Positions 1-9,181 of a stretch of 54,011 nt of DNA are shown one piece after another. The notes below the pieces were generated by a model. It searched no databases. It saw nothing but the letters and a program-made list of their open reading frames with translations, and was not told the DNA's origin. Origin of the DNA: a virus (taxonomy: Duplodnaviria; Caudoviricetes); IMG/VR virus record IMGVR_UViG_3300024264_002174, positions 1 to 54,011 of that record. One strand, given 5' to 3'. The position numbers were made by a program, and so were the translations under genes. Numbering within the stretch: the stretch's first letter is position 1; every line of letters starts with the position of its first letter.

Positions 1-235
1 GTACAGGCGAGGCTAAGTTCAACCAACCTTTCCACATATAACGAAAGAACTTATTCGCTAAATCAGGTCGATCTAATCTGTGTGCTATTCTATTAGCTAC
101 TCTTCGGTAAGCTAACTTTGGAGTTTCTTCTGGCATTAAGTATCCTTTTGAGATAGTTGCAATAGAAACTTCATTCATCCATTCTGGGTAATCTTTGCCA
201 GCTTCCCAGCTACTGGTATCTACTATATGTGACAT
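1..235 (-). CDS. nrdA: Ribonucleotide reductase large (alpha) subunit, N-terminal part; runs off the window edge; not in the ORF track
   Basis: Manual translation from ATG at 235 gives MSHIVDTSSWEAGKDYPEWM...ISKGYLMPEETPKLAYRRVA...FFRYMWKGWLNLASPV. The GYL..ET...RVA and W...SP pattern is typical of class I RNR alpha N-termini. Lies directly downstream of nrdB. Confidence 0.88.
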   Translation of the reverse strand, partial: MSHIVDTSSWEAGKDYPEWMNEVSIATISKGYLMPEETPKLAYRRVANRIAHRLDRPDLANKFFRYMWKGWLNLASPV

Positions 236-245
236 AACCTTTATA

Positions 246-1223
246 TTAAAATGCGTTTGACCAATCTAAATGTCCTTTACTGTAGTTTGTAACTCTACTT
301 GCAAAGAAATCTGTTTGTTGTTTTCCAGCGATAACAGCATCAAACCATTTCATAGTTTTTAATGCACCTTTATCGATATCTTCAGCAGGAATAATAGGAC
401 TTAACCCTAAATCTGCCATTTTTGTATTTACTCTATGACGAATAAAGTTTTTTAATTCGTCTTTAGTTAAGTTTTCAAGATCTCCCATTTCAAATATCTT
501 ATCGATAAAATCAAACTCTAACTGTAATGCAGTTACTGCTGCTTCGTTAATATCAGCAATAAGTTCTGGGGTTTTAAACTCTGGATGTTCTGTCATTAGG
601 GTTCTAAATAACCAACATCCTGCTTCAGAGTGAAGACTTTCGTCTCTTACAGACCACTCTACTATCTGTCCTACACCTTTGAGTTTATTTCTCATTTTAA
701 ACGATAATAAAACTGCAAATGAGCTGAATAAATTTACACCTTCAGTAAATGCTGAGAATATAGCTAATGATTTAGCTCTATCATGCCAGTTAGGTTCACC
801 ATTATGACCATCTCTAACATTCATTAAAGATTCTATCTTTGCCATAGTAGCTTCATCTTCCATAAACTCAGCAAAGTTATCTAATCCTAACTGCTCGTTT
901 AATAAAGAATAAGCTTCAGCATGAATCGTTTCAGAAGAGCCTAAAGTAGTTCCCATCATAATAACTTCTGGTTTTCTAAACCACTTTGTTACTAGTGTTG
1001 ACCAATAATCGTTTACTACTGTTTCTGTTTGAGCAAAACCTTTTAAAATACCCCCTACTACATTTTTTTCATGAGGTTTCATATTGGATTTCCAATCAGT
1101 TACGTCTTGTGCCATTGGTACTTCAGTATGTAGCCAGTGTGCTTGTTGTTGCTTTAACCAGTAGTCGTATGCTTTAGGGTACTCGAAGGGCTTGTATACT
1201 ACTCTTTCATTTAATAGACTCAT
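246..1223 (-). CDS. nrdB: Ribonucleotide reductase small (beta) subunit
   Basis: Ferritin-like ligand motifs ETIH..AY, EGVNLFSSF and RDESLH; C-terminal DFFASRVTNYSK. Confidence 0.96.
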   Translation of the reverse strand: MSLLNERVVYKPFEYPKAYDYWLKQQQAHWLHTEVPMAQDVTDWKSNMKPHEKNVVGGILKGFAQTETVVNDYWSTLVTKWFRKPEVIMMGTTLGSSETIHAEAYSLLNEQLGLDNFAEFMEDEATMAKIESLMNVRDGHNGEPNWHDRAKSLAIFSAFTEGVNLFSSFAVLLSFKMRNKLKGVGQIVEWSVRDESLHSEAGCWLFRTLMTEHPEFKTPELIADINEAAVTALQLEFDFIDKIFEMGDLENLTKDELKNFIRHRVNTKMADLGLSPIIPAEDIDKGALKTMKWFDAVIAGKQQTDFFASRVTNYSKGHLDWSNAF

Positions 1224-1325
1224 ATATTTTTATATATTGTTGTTGATGTTAGACAAGAATACCCGTTGGAGAAATCCTTCGGGCATAGTAATAAATAGAA
1301 TATATATTCAATATTCTTGAAAAAA

Positions 1326-2699
1326 TTATGCATTAAATTCCTCTTGAGTTATTTGACGGGACATTTTAGCTGCATGCTGCTTCTTCTTTAGTTCAAACTG
1401 GATTTCTTCACTAGTTGTAGTAATTAAATCTGCAGCTTCAGCTTTGCCTTCGAAAGTAATGTGCCCATTATTAGTATCCATTTTAACATTATAAGTCATA
1501 CCGTCTTGTCCATAACGGTTTTTCATTACATGTACTCTTCCTGTACCTAAAACTTTATCTTCTTTTTGTCTTGATAGGGAAATACATATATCTGCTACCA
1601 TCATTTTATCATAACTGCCAGCTGCCTTATCTCCTTCTATTACATTATCTCTAGCTCCCATTCTATTAACCTGAGAAGGTGTTAATATTGGTATCTTTAA
1701 GTCTTTTGCTAATCCTTTAGTAGCTATAAATACATCATCTATTTCATCTTTTCTTTCAAACGATTTTCCTCTAGAAGGAGCTCTTAAATAATCTACATAA
1801 TCAATAATAACGAGATCCGGCTTATGATCCATATCCATACACTTCTGGATATGTGACTTAACTGTATTGACAGTAGCTCCTTTTGGAGGGTATTCTTTTA
1901 CTATAAGTTTACCTTTAAGATTATCTACGTATGTTTGGACTTCCTTACGGTGTTTATTAACTTCATCAATAGAGTACCCTGTAAAGTAGCAATCAAATCT
2001 TTTACCCACATAGTCCTCTCCGAGCTCGAGGGTATAGTAATTAACTTTATAACCAAGAGAGACAGCATGAGCAGCAATAGCAACCATACACCATGACTTA
2101 CCGCCACCAGGGTTACCAAAAACAATACCCAAATCGCCAGGTCCGAATCCACCTTGAATACCATCATTAAAAATAGGCCAAGGAGAAGGAATGGTAGGAC
2201 GGTAATCAGTTCTATACCTAGTTTCAACATCTTTATTATACTCATGTCCAATATTTTTATCCATACCTGCTTTCATAGCTTTTTCTACTTGATTTCTAAT
2301 ACCATCGAAGTCTCCTTCTTTAAGTAAATCAGCTGAGTTCAGTATAGCGTTTTTCATTTCTTGATTCTTACAGAAAGTTTGAAACTCTTCCTGTACATAT
2401 TCTAAATCGTCTTGTGTAGCTTCATATGAGTTTCTTAACTCTTCTTTGAGTGCTACTTGAAGTATTTCGTTTTCTAGCTTTTGAAGTTCTACTTTAAGAA
2501 CATCCATAGTTATGTTAGTATGATACTTATCAAAATACTCACATATCTGCTTAATTATCCATTTATGAGAATCAGCATCAAAATAGTGATCATGCAATAC
2601 ATCCCTAACGTTTAATAAAAACTTTTTATCAGTAAGTAGAGATCCTAAGACCTTTAACTGAAACCCTTTCCCGTACTGCTGTAAACTCTTTAATGTCAT
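1326..2699 (-). CDS. DnaB / T4 gp41-like replicative helicase
   Basis: Walker A GNPGGGKS, YTLEL, IIDYVD, SQVNR and KNRYG motifs of SF4 helicases. Confidence 0.92.
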   Translation of the reverse strand: MTLKSLQQYGKGFQLKVLGSLLTDKKFLLNVRDVLHDHYFDADSHKWIIKQICEYFDKYHTNITMDVLKVELQKLENEILQVALKEELRNSYEATQDDLEYVQEEFQTFCKNQEMKNAILNSADLLKEGDFDGIRNQVEKAMKAGMDKNIGHEYNKDVETRYRTDYRPTIPSPWPIFNDGIQGGFGPGDLGIVFGNPGGGKSWCMVAIAAHAVSLGYKVNYYTLELGEDYVGKRFDCYFTGYSIDEVNKHRKEVQTYVDNLKGKLIVKEYPPKGATVNTVKSHIQKCMDMDHKPDLVIIDYVDYLRAPSRGKSFERKDEIDDVFIATKGLAKDLKIPILTPSQVNRMGARDNVIEGDKAAGSYDKMMVADICISLSRQKEDKVLGTGRVHVMKNRYGQDGMTYNVKMDTNNGHITFEGKAEAADLITTTSEEIQFELKKKQHAAKMSRQITQEEFNA

Positions 2700-2713
2700 A
2701 TAAAACCTTTGTT

Positions 2714-2745
2714 ATAATATAATTACTTTTTATCTAACAACCAAC
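2714..2745 (-). promoter_or_regulatory. Putative host-type (Bacteroidota sigma-A-like) promoter upstream of the helicase
   Basis: Coding strand reads GTTG-N20-TATATTAT. The same architecture recurs at 7283-7314, 9151-9181 and 19404-19435. Confidence 0.5.
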
Positions 2746-3145
2746 TGCTTGATTGTATTTTATCTCCTAAGCCATCAATCAATTCTATGTCGAACTGTTT
2801 GCATATATCAGCTTCTGGTATAGTTCCGTTATTTTGATCGCCACCGTTAGCAAATGCGAGTTTTACCGAACCGTAGAATTTATCTACCATTACCTTTAAT
2901 GTAGCATTTTGAGTAGAATCTTTATCTATTGAAATCCAGGCCATATCGACTATAGATAAGGATCTAATAATACGTATTCTTTCATCTTCATCCTGAAAGA
3001 ATTTAGAACCTTTCATTTTCCTTTGATTATCGTTATTCACAATTACTATAAGTAAATCACCTATTTCTTTAGCCTTTTCAAATAAGTCTAAATGACCTTT
3101 ATGTAGAGGATTAAAGTATCCGCTAACTATTATTGCTTTTTTCAT
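2723..3145 (-). CDS. Cytidylyltransferase-family nucleotidyltransferase (TagD/RfaE-like)
   Basis: SGYFNPLHKGH (HxGH motif), ERxxII, C-terminal SSSW. Confidence 0.88.
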   Translation of the reverse strand: MKKAIIVSGYFNPLHKGHLDLFEKAKEIGDLLIVIVNNDNQRKMKGSKFFQDEDERIRIIRSLSIVDMAWISIDKDSTQNATLKVMVDKFYGSVKLAFANGGDQNNGTIPEADICKQFDIELIDGLGDKIQSSSWLLDKK

Positions 3146-3539
3146 AACTTTCAGCTATTAATTTTTTAAATTTAGTTGTGCTCCATCCATGATCTCTGTT
3201 CAGATAGTGAATTGGTATTTTTAAATCGTCTCCAGTAAAAGGCTTATCTATATAATCATCTCCTAAAAACCTAATATCAAATTCTCCTACTTTAAGTAAA
3301 TCGTATAACTGTTCCTCATATGTATACCTTATAACATCATCAACATCTCCTAAAGCCATCAGTATATCTTTTCTGTCATCAGGTGAAAGTACAGGTTTAA
3401 GTTTATGTGGTCTTTCAATAGAAGGATCAGTATGTAATAGTACTACTAATACAACACAGTTTTTTTTCATCTCAGAAAACATCTTAATATATCCTGGATG
3501 CAGTACGTCAAAATTACCTGCTATAACTCCTTTAATCAT
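3123..3539 (-). CDS. Cytidylyltransferase-family protein (TagD-like), HxGY variant
   Basis: AGNFDVLHPGY, GDDY and RDHGWSTT resemble the TagD motifs GDDW and RTEGISTT. Confidence 0.85.
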   Translation of the reverse strand: MIKGVIAGNFDVLHPGYIKMFSEMKKNCVVLVVLLHTDPSIERPHKLKPVLSPDDRKDILMALGDVDDVIRYTYEEQLYDLLKVGEFDIRFLGDDYIDKPFTGDDLKIPIHYLNRDHGWSTTKFKKLIAESYEKSNNS

Positions 3540-3888
3540 ATTTCCAAAAAACTTGAAGTAACACTATAACAAGTGCTAATATTAATATTATTCCAGTTTT
3601 CATATTTACTCCTTCTTTCATAAAGATGTATGTGAGTAAAGTAAAACTAAATATACCAGTTGCGAATCCTAATAATCTAGAAGGCCACAGTTTTCCATCG
3701 AATGCTTCTACTATATATGTAGTACCGTATATGTAACTCATACCGACCGGTATACCCATCAAAGCTGCAACCCAAAAAGGGTTCTCTTTAACCCAAGTAT
3801 TGAGAAACTGTCCATTAGTTTGAAACCAAGACAGAGCTTGAGCAATTAAAAATAAAAATACTCCTATGAGTAGTGTTTTGTAGTTCAT
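3532..3888 (-). CDS. Small 4-TM membrane protein (SMR/DMT-like topology)
   Basis: Four hydrophobic segments in 118 aa; overlaps both neighbours. Confidence 0.6.
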   Translation of the reverse strand: MNYKTLLIGVFLFLIAQALSWFQTNGQFLNTWVKENPFWVAALMGIPVGMSYIYGTTYIVEAFDGKLWPSRLLGFATGIFSFTLLTYIFMKEGVNMKTGIILILALVIVLLQVFWKYD

Positions 3889-4901
3889 GATACAGTAGTT
3901 AGTCTTCTAAAGTTTTCTAGCCATCCTTCAGTGTTTTTAGTAATTCCTTCTATTTTGTCTTGATCTAGTGAATGAAGGAAGGCACCAGTCTGTAAATCAG
4001 GTACTGGTGAATTAAGTACTTCGTTTACATATTCTTTTTCTTTATCATCTAAAGCTGTAATGTGTAGATCCATAAGTTCGAAGTTAGTTTCAACTTTTCT
4101 CCAATTATGAATAATTTTAGCGAAAATCTTTTTGCCGTCTAATTTTTCTTCTGCTACTTTATAAACATAGTCGAGATTAGTTTTTTCAGTAAGTAGTTTA
4201 GGAAATTCAGCTACAATAGTCTTAATACCTAATCCTTTAACTCCCTGAAGATTATCAGAGTTATCACCAGTTAATGCTTTTACTATATTGTAATTCTCTG
4301 GTAGTACCTTTAGTTCTTGAAATATGTTATCTTTTGTAAAGATTTTCTTTTTAACTGGTGCATATACCTCTATAGTATCGTCTACCAACTGTAAAAAATC
4401 TTTATCTGATGAAACTATAGTACACTTTTTTACGTTTGAGGTAGAAGCTTTTTTTGCAATCCAAGCCATTATATCATCAGCTTCTAACTTGTCCATGACT
4501 AACTGATGTACTGGAAGGCAGTCCAAATAGTCTTGAGTTCTGTATAGCTGCCCTATCAATGCTTCTGTTTCCTCCTCTTTAGTATCGTATAGACCCCAAT
4601 GAGTAATTCTACTAGTAGCACGTTGTGCTTTATAGTTAGGATCAATATTCTTTCTATTAGCAGATCCTCCTTTACCGTCCCATACTATTATTACTCTAGT
4701 TGGATCGAATATACGAGTAACATACCCTAAGGAACGAAGAAACCCGACCAGGCCTCCAACGTGGGCGCCTGATGGGTTCATCGCTTTGAGCAGCGAGAAC
4801 GACCTGATTAAGGTGTTCATCGCATCAACGACTAAAATATGGTCGTTTAATGCTCGGGGAGGGGTTTCTTTTAAGTTTTTTATTATATCGTTATATGACA
4901 T
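3885..4901 (-). CDS. 5'-3' exonuclease / flap endonuclease (T4 RNase H / PolI N-terminal-like)
   Basis: VVDAMN, VWDG, YKAQR, EADD, SSDKDFLQL and GDNSDNLQGVKGLGIKT (H3TH). Confidence 0.93.
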   Translation of the reverse strand: MSYNDIIKNLKETPPRALNDHILVVDAMNTLIRSFSLLKAMNPSGAHVGGLVGFLRSLGYVTRIFDPTRVIIVWDGKGGSANRKNIDPNYKAQRATSRITHWGLYDTKEEETEALIGQLYRTQDYLDCLPVHQLVMDKLEADDIMAWIAKKASTSNVKKCTIVSSDKDFLQLVDDTIEVYAPVKKKIFTKDNIFQELKVLPENYNIVKALTGDNSDNLQGVKGLGIKTIVAEFPKLLTEKTNLDYVYKVAEEKLDGKKIFAKIIHNWRKVETNFELMDLHITALDDKEKEYVNEVLNSPVPDLQTGAFLHSLDQDKIEGITKNTEGWLENFRRLTTVS

Positions 4902-5399
4902 CTATATGATAGAACGTTTTTGTTCTGTATTTTTATGTATCCAGCCAACTATTACAAACCTTATACCTTGTTCTACTGGTTTTACTCCATGGTATTCAGA
5001 GCTGTTAAAGATAAGAGCTCTACCTGTTTTTAATTCTACTACTTTATCTTCTAAGAAGAATTGACCTCCTTTATACTCACCCACATTGAGAGGTATAGAA
5101 AAAGAATATATTCGATTATTAAGATGATTTGAATCTTTGTGTTTATTATACTTTCCTCCTGGAGTGTATCTAAGTAAGACTAGTTCTTTCAGCAACCCTA
5201 ATTGAGTAGTATGTTTATTAATAGTATCAAAAATAAACTCATCATGAAGTATTGATACTTCTTCTACTATTCTATATTGAGTAACTTTTTTTTTACTTCG
5301 TCTACCTACAGCTCCAGGAGTCCATGCTGTATTAGTAGCATATCTTTCTAGTATAGCAGTACATTCTTCTTTAGAAAAAACTTGTACTTGATTAAACAC
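4902..5399 (-). CDS. 2OG-Fe(II) oxygenase (prolyl-4-hydroxylase-like)
   Basis: YNKHKD (HxD), YKGGQF and HGVKPVEQGIRFVIVGW (distal His and Arg); GTG start. Confidence 0.88.
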   Translation of the reverse strand: MFNQVQVFSKEECTAILERYATNTAWTPGAVGRRSKKKVTQYRIVEEVSILHDEFIFDTINKHTTQLGLLKELVLLRYTPGGKYNKHKDSNHLNNRIYSFSIPLNVGEYKGGQFFLEDKVVELKTGRALIFNSSEYHGVKPVEQGIRFVIVGWIHKNTEQKRSII

Positions 5400-6469
5400 T
5401 AATCTAAAATATTAGGAGTAATAGGAGTTTCTTCTAAATCTCCTTCTTCAATTAAATCGAAGTCTACTGATCCTACTAATTTTAGCCAATGATCTTTATG
5501 GGCATCTTTGTATTTATCTATATCTCTCTTATCATCAGCTATAAAACCATGAGGTGTCATTACTATTCTACCTCTTGACTGTACTCCGCCGATATGATTC
5601 TTCTCTACTTGAACGTTAGTACGTTTAGCAAACTCTACCTGCATACCAGCTTTGATAGCTTTAATCTTAGACGTACCTGGATTAGTTATGTTACCAAAAG
5701 TAACCACTAAAGTAGCATCGTACCACATAGACATTCCACCTTTATTCTGAAGCTTAGGTTGACCCATAGGCGATTCTGGTTTCATAGTCCATACTTTATT
5801 AATAGCTACTAACGTATTAGTATATGGAGAGTTTTCTTTTCTAGATAATAGAATCTTCTGATTAAGATTATTACCAAACTGAGTAGACATAGCACCTGCA
5901 TTCCATTCGTTGTTGTTCTTATTAGAACGTACTGAAAGATCACAAGGTACTGAACCTATACTATCCCAAAAGAAACACATATCATAAGGTAAGTTACCTT
6001 TAGCTTGTTCGTCCATCAAGTCAGCAATATAAACCGCTACCTCTTCAATAGTATTAAGTATACCTCTATCTGCGTATAAGAAATGACCTTCGTAGTCAAC
6101 AACTGTACCATTAGCATCAGTTACTTCTTCAAACTCTAGACCCATCTCTTTAGCATGCTCCCAAGACCATTTCATCTCAGTTACAATAAAGACTGGTAAT
6201 ATACCTTGTTTTTGAGCATTCACCGCAGCTTCTATCAGAGCAGTAGTCTTTCCTGTATCACTATGTCCACGTAGTAGAGTGATATGTCCGGTAGGAATAC
6301 CAGGTAAGGAAGTAATATCTTGAAAAGCTTTAGAAAGCGGTATCCATCCTTGCTCCTTAAACTTTACAGAAGCATTAGCAAAACCTTTCTTTTTCTTAAA
6401 ATTACCTAAATTAAACGACTTACGTACAGCAGCGGTCGCTTTAGCTTGTGTATCTTCTTTTTTCGCCAT
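5399..6469 (-). CDS. RecA/UvsX-like recombinase
   Basis: Walker A GHSDTGKTT, Walker B-like FFWDSIG, KGG...YDA and VEKNHI. Confidence 0.88.
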   Translation of the reverse strand: MAKKEDTQAKATAAVRKSFNLGNFKKKKGFANASVKFKEQGWIPLSKAFQDITSLPGIPTGHITLLRGHSDTGKTTALIEAAVNAQKQGILPVFIVTEMKWSWEHAKEMGLEFEEVTDANGTVVDYEGHFLYADRGILNTIEEVAVYIADLMDEQAKGNLPYDMCFFWDSIGSVPCDLSVRSNKNNNEWNAGAMSTQFGNNLNQKILLSRKENSPYTNTLVAINKVWTMKPESPMGQPKLQNKGGMSMWYDATLVVTFGNITNPGTSKIKAIKAGMQVEFAKRTNVQVEKNHIGGVQSRGRIVMTPHGFIADDKRDIDKYKDAHKDHWLKLVGSVDFDLIEEGDLEETPITPNILD

Positions 6470-7254
6470 TATTCATTGAATAGATCATCAAACTTACTAA
6501 CTGTATCTTGGTTTCCTGCTGTTGCTGTTTCTAACGTAAAGTCAGTTTTAGGTGAAGCAACTTCAGCTCCTGCAGCTGGTAGATCTTCTTCCGTAGTAGC
6601 AGTAGGATCTAAATACTTTTGCAGTTGCTTTTTAACGAAATCATACTGCATAGGTTTGTGAACTTCCATAGGATCTGGTTGCTCTTTCAACCAAGACTCT
6701 ACTTGTGTAGTATTATCCGATAATTCAGTTTGTTTAGGTTTGATTCTAACACTAGTCTGAGGGTAAGGGTTTCCTTGTACCTGCTCCACGACTAGGTCCC
6801 ATCCGTTAATAACGTCTGTGATATCTCCGATATCTTCATCGGCGATTAAAGCAAGTAATGCTTTATATATAGTAATACCGAATCCCCATAGTCTAACTCC
6901 TTTATCTTCTTCTCCTCTAACTATTACAGGAGCAAAGATTCTAGTTTTAGGGTTAAGTTTACCAGCTAGAGACCAGTTGTCTTTATCTGATGTCTTTTTT
7001 AATTCGTTTACAAATTCTTCGATAGGGTCTTGTTTACCGAAGTTTGACAATGCAACCATTGGTCGATCTCCTACTCCATAGTGAAATTTGAGCTCTTTGA
7101 ATGGCATTGTCGGATCAAAAGCAGAAGGTACTAGTCGTACAGTTTGCTTACCTACTTCAGGTTTCCAAAATATTTTGGTGTAGTCAGTTTTTTCTCTCTC
7201 TTGACCATTAGAGTTTAAGGCATCTAGTTTAGCCTTGATTGCATTTAAGTCCAT
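6469..7254 (-). CDS. Single-stranded DNA-binding protein (T4 gp32-like)
   Basis: FWKP...VRLVP, DP, LWGFG..IY, GDITD..G.D and an acidic C-terminus FDDLFNE; adjacent to the recombinase. Confidence 0.82.
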   Translation of the reverse strand: MDLNAIKAKLDALNSNGQEREKTDYTKIFWKPEVGKQTVRLVPSAFDPTMPFKELKFHYGVGDRPMVALSNFGKQDPIEEFVNELKKTSDKDNWSLAGKLNPKTRIFAPVIVRGEEDKGVRLWGFGITIYKALLALIADEDIGDITDVINGWDLVVEQVQGNPYPQTSVRIKPKQTELSDNTTQVESWLKEQPDPMEVHKPMQYDFVKKQLQKYLDPTATTEEDLPAAGAEVASPKTDFTLETATAGNQDTVSKFDDLFNE

Positions 7255-7282
7255 ATAACTGTTTTTAATTTATAACTTTATA

Positions 7283-7314
7283 ATAATATAAGAATAAAAA
7301 ACTTAACTGGCAAC
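7283..7314 (-). promoter_or_regulatory. Putative host-type promoter upstream of SSB
   Basis: GTTG-N20-TATATTAT on the coding strand. Confidence 0.55.
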
Positions 7315-7329
7315 TAAAAATAAATTATT

Positions 7330-7785
7330 TTACTGAATTTCTACTATCTTAAATAACTTAGTATTGATTCTTTTAAGTTCAGAACCTTTAGTTAATAAGA
7401 CACAGTTTCTAAAGTCAGGCCAGTTAATTCTATAAGTAGTATCAAGTACTCCTCCATTTAACTCTTTAATAAGAGTATTAAGAGCGTTAATAGTATAGAG
7501 GGTATTGGATTCCTTTTTACGGTGAACCAATATTGTGTTAGGAAGAAAACTAGATACATTGCCGAAATCGACATTATATGTTAGTATATACTCGTCCTGG
7601 CTTTTAGAATAAAGTATAAATATTTTATTGTAAATAATATTGTATTTATCCTTAATAACCTCGAGTACAGTATCTAATTCATCTTCTGTTGCAAATGTAC
7701 AGAATAGTTTATTACTCATATCTTCAAATAGTCCTATAGGGTCAAAATCATAATCGAAACCTAATTTTTCTTGAATGGTATTCAT
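7330..7785 (-). CDS. Hypothetical protein (possible alternative start at 7719)
   Basis: Intact ORF in the replication module; no recognised motif. Confidence 0.7.
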   Translation of the reverse strand: MNTIQEKLGFDYDFDPIGLFEDMSNKLFCTFATEDELDTVLEVIKDKYNIIYNKIFILYSKSQDEYILTYNVDFGNVSSFLPNTILVHRKKESNTLYTINALNTLIKELNGGVLDTTYRINWPDFRNCVLLTKGSELKRINTKLFKIVEIQ

Positions 7786-7808
7786 TCTAATATAAATATG
7801 AAGTTAGT

Positions 7809-9134
7809 TTATAAAACTAAACTGTTAGAGTATTTAAATTTTATTGGATATTTACTACCAGTTTCCAATATCTCCTGTATATCTTCTAATGTTTCCTTAC
7901 CGTCTTCCTTACTGAAGTCAAATAAGATAGCATCGTATGTGTACAAAGCAACTTTAGTTTTTTTATTATCAAGATACCTTAGTACTTCTTTTAATATAAG
8001 AATATTTCTCGAAGTCTCTAACGATTGCATGATATAATTCATTAATTTTTGAGGATTCATTTCTTTTAACGTGCTTGTGAAAGGTTTTCCACTAATTGGT
8101 GCCAAAACCTCTCCGTCATCTTGGAATTGTTTCCATAACTCTTTTATATACTCATCAATCTTTGTAAAGATCTCAAGGTGAGCCCATTTTTCGGGTATCT
8201 TTCCATAAATTGCATGAAAGTTAATTTGTTTTGCTTTGTCATATTCATCTTCTGTGATTTCTTCTTTGTTAAAGTACTGTTTTGCTAATTGAGTATGAGC
8301 TGATTCGCTTGATAAAGTGTATCCAATCTGTTCACAAAGTAAACGCAGGTGATAACCATCAAAATCCAACTCAACAAAGTAATCATTAGTGGGACGGAAG
8401 CATTTTCTGTGTTGTTCGCTCTTAGGAATAGCAGCGAAATTAACGCTATTAAAAGCATTAGTAGGTCTAGATGTAACATTGTATAAATTGTATTGAGTTA
8501 AAACTTTATTATCTACTGTATTAAAAAGAGGATTCCTAGGAGTAAACATTTTATTAAATTCTTCGTAGAATATTCCTAATCCATGTTGCTCTAGTAAAAA
8601 AAAGACATTTGTAGCAATTTTATTATAAAAATCAAAGCCTGATGGTATACCTATCTTAATACTTTGTTTTACCTGAGAGTATATTTTCTCACAGCTCTCA
8701 TAAAGTTTACTAAGTGGAATTACCTTATTAATATCCTTTTGAGAATTAAATTTATTGTAAAAATAATTTAGAGTTACATTTTCTCTAGAGTATTCTAATT
8801 TATCGTAATTAGTCATAGAGTAAAGTAAGGATATATCTATAGCATCCTGTAAGTTAAAGTGATATAGCAAGTTTTTCTTGTTTAAAGTATATAGTTTACT
8901 TGCAGAAGAAAGAATGCGGTAGATACGGTCTTTTGAAACGTTGAGTCCTTCACTATGATCTATAGGTACTATATAACCGTGTTCTGAATCAATAAGTCTA
9001 ATGTAAACTGCTACAGTAGAAGTAAGCTTAGGATGATATAGATCGTTTGTTGATATAACATCAACATACAGACCTAGTCTAGCTAATCTTTCTAAGTTTT
9101 CTAACTTACTATCTTCTTCTACTATATAAAACAC
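7809..9134 (-). CDS. Compact family A DNA polymerase-like protein with non-canonical motifs
   Basis: TSRP...NFAAIP (motif 2), LDFDGYHLR (motif A), AKQINFHAIYG (motif B), NYIMQ and TYDAILFD (motif C). Confidence 0.85.
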   Translation of the reverse strand: MFYIVEEDSKLENLERLARLGLYVDVISTNDLYHPKLTSTVAVYIRLIDSEHGYIVPIDHSEGLNVSKDRIYRILSSASKLYTLNKKNLLYHFNLQDAIDISLLYSMTNYDKLEYSRENVTLNYFYNKFNSQKDINKVIPLSKLYESCEKIYSQVKQSIKIGIPSGFDFYNKIATNVFFLLEQHGLGIFYEEFNKMFTPRNPLFNTVDNKVLTQYNLYNVTSRPTNAFNSVNFAAIPKSEQHRKCFRPTNDYFVELDFDGYHLRLLCEQIGYTLSSESAHTQLAKQYFNKEEITEDEYDKAKQINFHAIYGKIPEKWAHLEIFTKIDEYIKELWKQFQDDGEVLAPISGKPFTSTLKEMNPQKLMNYIMQSLETSRNILILKEVLRYLDNKKTKVALYTYDAILFDFSKEDGKETLEDIQEILETGSKYPIKFKYSNSLVL

Positions 9135-9150
9135 TTATATAACCTTTTTA

Positions 9151-9181
9151 GTAATATAAGATAAAAAGTATTAATAGCAAA
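9151..9181 (-). promoter_or_regulatory. Putative host-type promoter upstream of the polymerase gene
   Basis: TTTG-N19-TATATTAC on the coding strand. Confidence 0.55.
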
